Shown here: piece by piece, positions 1-9,627 of the stretch
Position numbering within the stretch: position 1 is the first letter of the stretch
Layout of the letters: the number at the start of each line of letters is the position of its first letter
DNA from: an uncultured Vicinamibacteraceae bacterium
GTDB lineage: Bacteria; Acidobacteriota; Vicinamibacteria; Vicinamibacterales; Vicinamibacteraceae
Direction: 5' to 3'
Length of the DNA: 64,000 nucleotides
NCBI GenBank assembly: GCA_964430855.1
Contig: CAYSHC010000002.1
Span: forward strand, 2,376-66,375
Translations under genes and position numbers: made by a program
Notes under the pieces: model-generated
Database searches by the model: none
What the model saw: only the letters and a program-made list of their open reading frames with translations
What the model was told of the DNA's origin: nothing

Positions 1-527
1 TGGAACTGCGGCGGCGTCGCGCCCGGCACCAGGTTCATGAGGGCCTGGTAGTTCCGGTACTGGTTGAGCGGCATGTTGACGACGTCCTCGGGCCGCAGGT
101 CGACGCTGACGTCGGCCTTGTCGGTCTTGAGGAGCGCCGCCTCGGTGGTCACCGTCACCGTCTCGGTGAGGGCGCCCACCTCGAGCCGCCCGTTGACGCG
201 CACGATGCCGCCCGGCGTCACCGGGATGCCCGTCTGCACGTACTCCTTGAAGCCCTGCAGGGTCGCGCGGAGCGTGTACGGGCCGGGGAGCACGTTGCGG
301 ATCGTGTAGGTGCCGGTCTCGTCGCTGATGGCCTCGAGCGTGAGCCCCGTGCTCTCGTTCTCGATGGTCACGGTGGCGCCGGGAATGGTCGCGCCCGACT
401 CGTCGGTAATCTGGCCGGTGAGGCTGCCATAGATGGCCTGCGCCGCGGCCGGGCCCGGCAGGCTACACAGCAGGGTTATGAGGGAACACGCCAGCAGCTG
501 GCGCAATGAACGTGGGGAGGACGTCAT
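1..527 (-). CDS. TonB-dependent receptor, N-terminal part (signal peptide + CarboxypepD_reg-like domain); 3' end lies outside the window
   Basis: Minus-strand ATG at 525-527. Translation MTSSPRSLRQLLACSLITLLCSLPGPAAAQAIYGSLTGQITDESGATIPGATVTIENESTG...TYTIRNVLPGPYTLRATLQGF is typical of Acidobacteria-type TonB receptors. The frame stays open to base 1. Confidence 0.75.
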   Translation of the reverse strand, partial: MTSSPRSLRQLLACSLITLLCSLPGPAAAQAIYGSLTGQITDESGATIPGATVTIENESTGLTLEAISDETGTYTIRNVLPGPYTLRATLQGFKEYVQTGIPVTPGGIVRVNGRLEVGALTETVTVTTEAALLKTDKADVSVDLRPEDVVNMPLNQYRNYQALMNLVPGATPPQF

Positions 528-627
528 GAAGCACCTCGCGGTAGAGCCTCAGGTGTCTGTGCTCAGCCGTAGCGGCACGCACGACGGGCCGGCGGAGGCG
601 CTGACGGTGAGCTCAGAAGGTGGCACG

Positions 628-656
628 ACTGTACGCGCGACACTACCGGCTGTCAA
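628..656 (-). promoter_or_regulatory. sigma70-type promoter candidate for the TonB receptor gene
   Basis: Minus strand reads TTGACA-N17-TACAGT (-35 at 651-656, -10 at 628-633), about 95 nt upstream of the ATG at 527. Confidence 0.45.
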
Positions 657-731
657 CGACCTGGAAGGATGCAATTACCGGAAGCTCTGCCATAGATCAG
701 GCGCGGCCTCGCGCCGTGGGAGCCAGTACGC

Positions 732-3266
732 TCAGCCCGAGTTGCGCAGCCCGGCACTGATGCCGGCGATGGTGCGCACGAGGGGGCGCGCGGCCCGCTC
801 GTCACCCGCGCGGTACCGGCGCAGCAGCTCCACCTGCACGGCATTGATGGGGTTCACGTAGGGGTTGCGCAGGTGGATGGTGCGCTGCACGACCGGGTGT
901 CTGTCGAGCAGCGCCTTCGCCTCGACGATGTCGAGGACGAGACGGGTGGTGCGCTGGTGCTCGTCCTCGATCTGCGCGAAGTGCCTGGCCGGCTCGGCCT
1001 CGGCGGGCACGAGCGACAGGTAGCTGCGTGCGATGTCGAGGCTCGTCTTCGCGAGCGTCATTTCGAGGTTCTCGACGATGGTCCTGAAGAAGGGCCACTC
1101 GCGGTAGAGCCGGCGCAGCGTCTCGAGGCCTCCGGGTGCCTCGGCAATGGGCGCCAGTCCCGTGCCGCAGCCGTACCACGCCGGCAGCAGCGTGCGGTTC
1201 TGCGTCCACGCGAACACCCAGGGGATCGCGCGCAGCGAGCCGAGGTACTCCGCATCGGCGGCGGGACGGCGCGCCGGCCGCGAGCCGATCTCGAGCAGCG
1301 CCAGTTCGTCCACCGGCGTGAACGCGCGGAAGAAGTCGACAAACGTCGCTGACTGCCACACGAGCGCGCGGTACGCCTCCTCGGCACGCGCGGCCGCCTC
1401 GGTGATCAGCGCGCGGCCGTATTCCGGCGCGTGCGGACGTGCGACGTCGGGGAAGGCCGACAGCAGCGTCGCCGAGAGCGCAGCCTCGAGGTTGCGATAG
1501 GCGAGCCCCGGCAGGCCGTACTTGAAGGAGATCGTCTCGCCCTGCTCGGTGAGCTTGAGCCGGCCCGGCGGGTGGCCCGGCGGTTGGGCGAGGATCGCGG
1601 CGTGCGTCGGGCCGCCGCCGCGCCCGGTGCTGCCGCCTCGGCCGTGGAAGATCGTGAGCTCCACGCCGTGGCGTGCGGCCACCGCGGCGAGGTCTTCCTG
1701 CGCCCTGTAGATCTCCCACTGCGCGGAGAGGTAGCCGCCGTCCTTGGCCGAGTCGGAGTAGCCAACCATCACTTCCAGGCGCCGCCCGCGCGCCTCGAGC
1801 CGCGCCGCGAACGCGGGCTGCGTGATCAGCGTGTCGACGACCGCGCCCGCACGGCGCAGGTCCTCGATCGACTCGAAGAGCGGCACAATCGACATCTGCA
1901 CGCCGGCCTCGTCGGTGAGGGCGAGCGCACGCAGGACGGGCTCGACGCCTGTCGTGCCGGACAGGACAAGCGTGTCGCACACGACCGGGCCGTGGGCGGC
2001 CTGGAGCTCGGCGACCGTCCTGAGCGTCGCGCGGACCCGGTCGGTGCCCTGCTCGAGGTCGCGCGCGTGGACGCGCACGTCAACCTTCGCGACGTGGAAG
2101 CCGAAGATCTCGACGCGCCGGCGCAGGGCGGCCAGCCGGCCGTTGGCGATGCGGTCGCCGCGGTGCGCGCGCAGGCTGCGATCGATCAGGTCGAGGTCGG
2201 CGCGGAACTCGTCAGCGGATGCGTACGCATGCGGCTCGGTGCCCGTCAGCGTGCGCCGCAGCCGATGCCACATCATCCAGAGCTTGCGCCGGTACGGCTC
2301 CTCGTCGAGCGTCGTGCCGATGTCGGCGGCCACCTGCGGCATCGCGGCGGCGTCGGCCTCCGTCGACGCCACCACCGCGTCGTCGACGTCCACGACGGAG
2401 CTCGAGACGCCCACCGTGCGCGCGAGGTCGCGCACCTCGTCGATGTAGCGCTCGATGACGAGCCGCCTCGCACGCTCCACGGCCTCGACCAGCGTGTCGG
2501 GACCCGCGTTGGGGTTGCCGTCCTGGTCGCCGCCGATCCACGAGCCGAACCGGAGGGGCAGCGGGGCCCCCGGCAGCCATCGCCTGTAGTCGCCGACGAG
2601 CGCGGGCGCCACCTCGAAGAGGCTCTGCTCGAAGAACCACAGCCCGTGCCGGATCTCGTCCACGACGCGCGGGCGCTTGGCGCGCGTCTCGTCGGTCTGC
2701 CAGAGCGTGGTGATCAGCTCGGCGAGCGCGTCCTCGACGTCGCGCCGGCCGGCGGGTGAGAGCTGCGGGTCGTCGAGCTGGTGGAGCAGCTCGCTGACGC
2801 CGAGCTGCGCCGTGAGCACGGTGCGGCGCGTGGCCTCCGTCGGGTGCGCCGTGAGCACCAGCTCCAGCGACACGTCGCGCGCGCCTCGCGCGATGGCCTC
2901 GTCGTCGAGGCCCGCCTCGCGCAGCCGGCGGAACGCGGCGTCGAGCGACTCGGCGGGCACGCGCTGCTCGACGGCGTACTGCCGGCGGCGCCGGATGCGA
3001 TGGTGCTGCTCGGCGAGGTTCACGAGCTGGAAGTACATCGAGAACGCGCGCACGAGGCGCGCCTGGTCGTCGAGCGGCAGCCCCGCCACGATGCGCCGGA
3101 CCGCGGGGAAGTCGCCGTCGCGCGACGTCAGCCGCACGCGTTCCTCGATGTCGTAGAGTGCCCGGCCCTCCTGCTCGAGGATCACCTGCCCGAGGATCTC
3201 GCCGAGCAGCCGGATGTCGCGCCTCAGGGGGCGCTGCGCGTCCGTCGCGGCCGGGGAAGGAGGCAT
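732..3266 (-). CDS. ppc: phosphoenolpyruvate carboxylase
   Basis: 844 aa with motifs VLTAHPTE, GYSDSAKDGG and FHGRGGSTGRGGGP, and a C-terminal ...GLRNSG. Confidence 0.97.
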   Translation of the reverse strand: MPPSPAATDAQRPLRRDIRLLGEILGQVILEQEGRALYDIEERVRLTSRDGDFPAVRRIVAGLPLDDQARLVRAFSMYFQLVNLAEQHHRIRRRRQYAVEQRVPAESLDAAFRRLREAGLDDEAIARGARDVSLELVLTAHPTEATRRTVLTAQLGVSELLHQLDDPQLSPAGRRDVEDALAELITTLWQTDETRAKRPRVVDEIRHGLWFFEQSLFEVAPALVGDYRRWLPGAPLPLRFGSWIGGDQDGNPNAGPDTLVEAVERARRLVIERYIDEVRDLARTVGVSSSVVDVDDAVVASTEADAAAMPQVAADIGTTLDEEPYRRKLWMMWHRLRRTLTGTEPHAYASADEFRADLDLIDRSLRAHRGDRIANGRLAALRRRVEIFGFHVAKVDVRVHARDLEQGTDRVRATLRTVAELQAAHGPVVCDTLVLSGTTGVEPVLRALALTDEAGVQMSIVPLFESIEDLRRAGAVVDTLITQPAFAARLEARGRRLEVMVGYSDSAKDGGYLSAQWEIYRAQEDLAAVAARHGVELTIFHGRGGSTGRGGGPTHAAILAQPPGHPPGRLKLTEQGETISFKYGLPGLAYRNLEAALSATLLSAFPDVARPHAPEYGRALITEAAARAEEAYRALVWQSATFVDFFRAFTPVDELALLEIGSRPARRPAADAEYLGSLRAIPWVFAWTQNRTLLPAWYGCGTGLAPIAEAPGGLETLRRLYREWPFFRTIVENLEMTLAKTSLDIARSYLSLVPAEAEPARHFAQIEDEHQRTTRLVLDIVEAKALLDRHPVVQRTIHLRNPYVNPINAVQVELLRRYRAGDERAARPLVRTIAGISAGLRNSG

Positions 3267-3308
3267 CCCGCCATTGTAGGACGCCGACCTGTGCTATTTG
3301 TGTCGGGC

Positions 3309-4781
<1,473 letters not shown>

Positions 4782-4816
4782 TGCTTGAGGCTTCGTGCTT
4801 CATGCCTGATGCCTGA

Positions 4817-5173
4817 TCAACCCCGTCCGACCCAGACCGGTTCCGGGGTGATCACCTCCGCCGGGGTCGCGCCGGGGTCGGGCCGGCCCGAACCTTCGAG
4901 GCGGCTGATCGCACGTACGGTCATGTCGTGCGTGCACGCGATCTGGCACGACAGCCGGACGCCCGTCAGCTGACGTTCGGCCAGCTTCTGCTGTTCCGCC
5001 TGCGTCATCCGGTCGGGCTCGCCCTCGAGGAACTCGACGCGGCACGTGGTGCAGCGCGCGTTGCCGCCGCAGGCGTGCAGGATGTCGACGCCGGCCTCCT
5101 CGATGGCCAGGACGAGTCGCTTGCCGTGGGGCACGTCGAACGTGCCGACATTCTCGATGGTCAGCTTGGGCAT
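4817..5173 (-). CDS. 2Fe-2S ferredoxin
   Basis: 118 aa with the cluster motif CGGNARCTTCRV ... LSCQ, typical of plant-type [2Fe-2S] ferredoxins. Confidence 0.85.
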   Translation of the reverse strand: MPKLTIENVGTFDVPHGKRLVLAIEEAGVDILHACGGNARCTTCRVEFLEGEPDRMTQAEQQKLAERQLTGVRLSCQIACTHDMTVRAISRLEGSGRPDPGATPAEVITPEPVWVGRG

Positions 5174-5211
5174 GGTTCGTTGGCAGCAGACGTGGACGCC
5201 GCGTCGCGGCG

Positions 5212-6279
5212 TCAGAAGAAGCGCTTCAGCACGCCGAGCGCGCCCTGCTTCCAGGGCACGCGATGCGAGACGCCGGAGGCGTCTTGGAACTGGTCACGGT
5301 GGGCAATGTACCACTCGAAGTTGCGGAGCAGCGCGTCGCGGTTCGAGTAGCGCGGCGTGAACCCCAGCTGGCGCTCCGCCTTGTCGATGGCCACAAACGA
5401 GTCCTTCGACGCCGTCTCGTAGACCCACTTGTAGAGCGGCGACACGCCGAGCGCCTCGAGCAGGCGCAGGGCCCAGATGGCCGGCGCGGCGGGGAACCCG
5501 ATGATGCGGCGTCCCCTGCCGGCGTGATCGAGCACCGCCTGGTAGTCCTCGCGCATCGTGGCAAACACCTTCGCGCCGATGTTGAACGTGTCGTTGACGG
5601 CCTCGTCGGGCAGCGTGAGGCAGCGGTAGATCGCCTCGCACAGATCCTCGACGTCGAGCAGCTGGTAGCGGTTGCGACCGTTGCCGATCATCGGAAAGTG
5701 GCGGCCGTCGAGCGCCCAGTCGTAGAGGAGCGCGAAGACGCCGAGGCGCTCCGGCCCGATGAACGACTTCGGCCGCAGGATCGGCACGACCATCCCGGCG
5801 CGGCGGAACTCGAGGGCCACGCCCTCGGCCTCAACCTTCGCGACGCCGTACGGTCCGACGCCGTCCAGCGGATCGTCCTCGCGCAGCGGGTGGTGGTCGG
5901 GGATGCCGTAGACGGCGGTGGACGAGATGTGCACGAAGCGCTGCACGCCGTGGCGCCGCGCGGCTTCGAGCATCACCCGCGTGCCCACGACGTCGGTCGT
6001 GTGGATGTCCTCCGGCGAGTAGAGCGGCAGCGCCGCCGCGCAATGGACGACGAAGGCCGCGCCGGCAATTGCGCGCTCGACGTCCTCGGGCCGGCGGATG
6101 TCGCCCAGCACGGCGTCGCAGTGCGGCTGCATGTCGGGATAGGTGAACGGCTCGATGTCGAGCGACGCCACGTCGTAGCCGCGCGCGTGCAGGTAGCGCA
6201 GAAGGTTGATGCCGAGAAAGCCGGATCCGCCGGTCACGAGGACGCGGGGGCGGGGGGCAGGGGCGTGGTCAGCGGTCAT
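5212..6279 (-). CDS. NAD-dependent epimerase/dehydratase (SDR family)
   Basis: Internal ATG at 6279 gives MTADHAPAPRPRVLVTGGSGFLGINLL (Rossmann GxxGxxG). YGVAK is the catalytic YxxxK. Confidence 0.85.
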   Translation of the reverse strand: MTADHAPAPRPRVLVTGGSGFLGINLLRYLHARGYDVASLDIEPFTYPDMQPHCDAVLGDIRRPEDVERAIAGAAFVVHCAAALPLYSPEDIHTTDVVGTRVMLEAARRHGVQRFVHISSTAVYGIPDHHPLREDDPLDGVGPYGVAKVEAEGVALEFRRAGMVVPILRPKSFIGPERLGVFALLYDWALDGRHFPMIGNGRNRYQLLDVEDLCEAIYRCLTLPDEAVNDTFNIGAKVFATMREDYQAVLDHAGRGRRIIGFPAAPAIWALRLLEALGVSPLYKWVYETASKDSFVAIDKAERQLGFTPRYSNRDALLRNFEWYIAHRDQFQDASGVSHRVPWKQGALGVLKRFF

Positions 6280-6334
6280 GTCGAAAGGCAAACCTGCCAA
6301 GTGTAGACCAGGGGGCGCTGGTAGACTCGCGCGG

Positions 6335-7285
6335 ATGACGACTGTGCTCGTGTGCGCCACCGAGGCCCGGGACCCGCGCATTGCACCGTACCTCGACGCG
6401 GCTGCGCGGCGGCGTCTCGACGCGCGCGTGGTGACGGCGGCCGACGCCGCCTCCGTCCCCGCTGACGTGCGGGTGAGCGGTGTGGTGGCCGTGGGCGCGG
6501 CGTCGGCGCCGCTGGCCGCGGACGTGGCACGGCGTCATGGCGCGCCGTGGCACGATCCCGACGCCGTGGCGCGCGCCGGCGACAGGCTCCAGTGGCTCGG
6601 CCGCCTGACGGCCACGGGCATGCCCGTGCCTCGGTTCGCGGCTGTCGATGCGGCAACGGGCGACGGCCTCGAGCGCCTGGCCGGGCTGCCCGCGCCGTGG
6701 GCCGTGACGGCTGCGCCGGTGCACCGCCTTGGTGTGGCGGCCACCCCCGACGACCTCGTGGCGCTCGCCGCCACGTGGCGCCCCGACGGCGACGTTCGGC
6801 AGCTCGTCGTCGAGGCGGCTCCGCACGGGCCGTCGTGGCTCGTGGTCGGCCTGCTCGATGCGGGCGCCCTGCGGGTGGTCGCCGTCATTGACGTGGATGC
6901 CGCCGGCGACGGCGCGCCGGCGTCGGCCGACGGAATGTGCACGCTCGCGGTGCCGACGGCACTGGAGCGGGCTGCGCAGGCGCATCTGGCCGGGCTGGTG
7001 GCGCGCGGCTGCCTGGCGCTGGGGCTCGCGCAGGGCCCCGTCGTGGGGCTTGCCCTGAGCGTGGAGGGGCGCGCCTGCGTCGTCGACGTCGCGCCCGCGA
7101 CGCTCGACGTCCCGGCCAGCGAGGTGCTCGTCATCACGGGGCCGACGCTCGAGCAATTGACGCTTGCCGATCTCGTCGTCCGGCACGCGGTCGGCGACGC
7201 GCTCGACGACTACGGCATGGATGGCACTTTTCGCCACGTCCCGGTACCGGGACCTGACCCCAGGTCGCTCGTTCGCGAGACCTGA
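6335..7285 (+). CDS. hypothetical protein, possibly a degenerate ATP-grasp-like fold
   Basis: ATG at 6335 (MTTVLVCATEARDP...). High GC3 and a long open frame. Resemblance to ATP-grasp proteins is vague and no clear catalytic motif was seen. Confidence 0.4.
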   Translation: MTTVLVCATEARDPRIAPYLDAAARRRLDARVVTAADAASVPADVRVSGVVAVGAASAPLAADVARRHGAPWHDPDAVARAGDRLQWLGRLTATGMPVPRFAAVDAATGDGLERLAGLPAPWAVTAAPVHRLGVAATPDDLVALAATWRPDGDVRQLVVEAAPHGPSWLVVGLLDAGALRVVAVIDVDAAGDGAPASADGMCTLAVPTALERAAQAHLAGLVARGCLALGLAQGPVVGLALSVEGRACVVDVAPATLDVPASEVLVITGPTLEQLTLADLVVRHAVGDALDDYGMDGTFRHVPVPGPDPRSLVRET

Positions 7286-7298
7286 CCCCCGGTGACCT

Positions 7299-7565
7299 CT
7301 ACTTCTCCGGGACGTAGCCGGGCGGGGGCGCGGCGCTGTCGCCGAAGAAGTACTGCTCCATGTGCTTGGCGACGAGCTCCTGTGCCTCCTTCTGCCAGGG
7401 CATCAGGCGGTACTCGTTCAGGATCATCTTCATCTGCTCTTCCCACATCGCCCACGCCTCGGCCGAGACGTTCTCGAGGATGCGCTGACCCAGCGGGCCG
7501 GGCCACGGCGCTTCCTCGAGCGCGGGAAGTTCACGACCCAGCTTCACGCAGTGCACGGTCTTCAT
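7299..7565 (-). CDS. yggX: Fe(2+)-trafficking / oxidative damage protection protein YggX
   Basis: 88 aa starting at ATG 7565: MKTVHCVKLGRELPALEEAPWPGPLGQRILENVSAEAWAMWEEQMKMILNEYRL... is collinear with E. coli YggX. Confidence 0.85.
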   Translation of the reverse strand: MKTVHCVKLGRELPALEEAPWPGPLGQRILENVSAEAWAMWEEQMKMILNEYRLMPWQKEAQELVAKHMEQYFFGDSAAPPPGYVPEK

Positions 7566-7703
7566 TGGCTCATCGTACACAAACGGGAGGGTTGACGAGG
7601 GAGGGAGGAGGGGAGTGGAGGACTTCTCCTCCCCTGAATTCCTGTTCTGATACGCTGGTTCCTTCGGCCTCACGTCCGTGAGCCGCCGTGTCGCCACCCT
7701 GTC

Positions 7704-9107
7704 ATGTCGTGGTCCCTCGCCCGCATCCGTAGTTCCCGCCGTGCGCTCGTCACCCTGGGCGTCCTCGGGGGCAGCTTCCTCGGCGCCATCGAGGCGACGA
7801 TTGTCGCCACCGCGATGCCGACGGTGGTCGAGCAGCTCGGGGGCCTGGCGCACTACAGCTGGGTGTTCTCGGCCTATCTGCTCACGTCCACCGTCACGAC
7901 GCCTATCTGGGGCCGGCTGTCCGACATCTACGGGCGCCGCCGGTTCTACTCGGCGGCGATCGGCATCTTCCTGGCGGGCTCGATCCTGAGCGGCAGCGCG
8001 CAGTCGATGGAGCAGCTGATCGTCTATCGCGCGATCCAGGGCGTCGGCGCCGGCGGCCTGCTGCCGCTGGGCATGACGATCCTCGGCGAGATCTTCTCGC
8101 TCGAGGAGCGCGCGCGGGCGCAGGCGCTGTTTGCCGGCGTCTGGGGCGTCGCCTCGATCCTCGGGCCGCTCGCCGGCGCGGTGATCACGCAGGGGCTCTC
8201 ATGGCGGTGGGTGTTCTTCATCAACGTGCCCTTCGGCCTCGTCGCCGGCCTGCTCGTCGGCCGCAACCTGACCGAGACGCCGCACGACGGACGCCCGCGG
8301 GTCGACTACGTCGGCGCGGCCCTGATGATGGCGGCCGTGACGGCGCTGATGCTCGCCCTCAACCAGACGTCGGTCGACGATGGCCTGCCGCTCCCCGTCG
8401 TGCAGGGCCTCTACGGCCTCGCCGTCGTGCTCGGCATCCAGTTCGTCAGGACGCAGCGGCGCATCAGCGAGCCGATTCTTCCCCTCGATGTCCTGGCCAA
8501 CAGGTTCGTCGCGGTAACGACGTTGAGCAACATGTTGCTCGGGATCGGTATCTTCGGTGCACTCACCTTCGTGCCCCTGTTCGTCCAGGGCGCCATGGAG
8601 CGGTCGGCCGCCGAGGCCGGGGGCGTCCTGACCCCCCTCCTCCTGGGATGGGTGCTGATGTCGGTGGTGACGGGGCGCCTGCTCCCTCGCCTCGGGCATC
8701 GGCCGTTCATCCTGACCGGACTCACGTGCGTGACCGTCGGCTTCTTCGGCCTGCTGCTGGTCCATCGCGACTCGCCGCTGTGGCGGATGTACGTCGACCT
8801 CGGCCTGATGGGCATCGGCATGGGCATGACGATGCTGTCGTTGCTGCTGGCCGCGCAGGGGTCGGTGCCAAGGACCCAACTTGGTGTCGCGACGTCACTT
8901 GCGGCGTTCGCCCGCAGCATCGGCGGCGCCATCGGCGTGGCCGTGATGGGCGCCATCGTCGCGGCGGCCCTGCCGGCGGGGATGGACGATCCTGCCGCCC
9001 TCGAGCTGGGGATCCGCCGCGCATTCCTCCTTGGCGCTTCCGTGTCGGTGCTCGCCCTGGCCGCGGGGTTCTTCATCCCGGGCCGCATGCCCGATCGGAC
9101 CGTGTAA
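7704..9107 (+). CDS. MFS transporter (DHA2/EmrB-like, about 14 TM)
   Basis: 467 aa. The segments GAIEATIVATAMPTVVEQLGG and GRLSDIYGRRRF match MFS motif A. Confidence 0.9.
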   Translation: MSWSLARIRSSRRALVTLGVLGGSFLGAIEATIVATAMPTVVEQLGGLAHYSWVFSAYLLTSTVTTPIWGRLSDIYGRRRFYSAAIGIFLAGSILSGSAQSMEQLIVYRAIQGVGAGGLLPLGMTILGEIFSLEERARAQALFAGVWGVASILGPLAGAVITQGLSWRWVFFINVPFGLVAGLLVGRNLTETPHDGRPRVDYVGAALMMAAVTALMLALNQTSVDDGLPLPVVQGLYGLAVVLGIQFVRTQRRISEPILPLDVLANRFVAVTTLSNMLLGIGIFGALTFVPLFVQGAMERSAAEAGGVLTPLLLGWVLMSVVTGRLLPRLGHRPFILTGLTCVTVGFFGLLLVHRDSPLWRMYVDLGLMGIGMGMTMLSLLLAAQGSVPRTQLGVATSLAAFARSIGGAIGVAVMGAIVAAALPAGMDDPAALELGIRRAFLLGASVSVLALAAGFFIPGRMPDRTV

Positions 9108-9227
9108 CCTTTTCCGTCCTTCAACCCGACACCACCGGGTTCCCCCCGTTCGTTACCGCGATTACCACAGCGTCACCCGGTCTACAGCAGCCTGTCCTGC
9201 CGTGCCCGGCCGTTCGTGCCGTCCAGC

Positions 9228-9242
9228 TGGCACGTTTGTTGT
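9228..9242 (+). promoter_or_regulatory. sigma54-like -24/-12 element candidate
   Basis: TGGCACGtttgTTGT against the consensus TGGCACG-N4-TTGC. Only the -12 C is mismatched. It sits about 70 nt upstream of the KGG stress protein start. Confidence 0.3.
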
Positions 9243-9310
9243 AACCGGTCTACTCGACGTCATCGCACTCGTTCGGTCCCGCCGACGCGGGGCCGTTACA
9301 TACCAGGGAG

Positions 9311-9613
9311 GTGTCCGTGAGCAACAACGACCCCATGAACCCCACGTCCACGACCGGTGCCGAGCAGCCTCGCCGCAAGGAGCGCCGCGGCTTTGCCTCT
9401 ATGTCGCCCGAGAAGCAGCGCGAGATCGCCAGCAAGGGCGGTCGCGCGGCCCACTCGAAGGGCACGGCGCACGAGTGGACGTCTGAAGAGGCGCGTGCTG
9501 CGGGCCGCAAGGGCGGCCAGGCCAGCCGCGGGGGGCGCGGCCGCCTGCCCGCGGGCACGACCGAGACGCAGGGAACGCCGAGCGAGCCGGGCAGCCAGCC
9601 GACCGATCGGTAA
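9311..9613 (+). CDS. KGG-repeat general stress protein (YciG-like)
   Basis: 100 aa with repeats SKGGRAAHSKG and GRKGGQASRGG. GGGAGG Shine-Dalgarno sits directly upstream. Start is GTG at 9311, or possibly 9317. Confidence 0.8.
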   Translation: MSVSNNDPMNPTSTTGAEQPRRKERRGFASMSPEKQREIASKGGRAAHSKGTAHEWTSEEARAAGRKGGQASRGGRGRLPAGTTETQGTPSEPGSQPTDR

Positions 9614-9627
9614 CCATTCCGTGACCG

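Noticed and set aside
621-635. TGGCACGactgTACGC, a sigma54-like -24 element on the plus strand
   Set aside because: The -12 region does not match (TACG instead of TTGC). It also points into the 3' end of the convergent ppc gene. The same DNA is better explained as the -10 region of a minus-strand sigma70 promoter.
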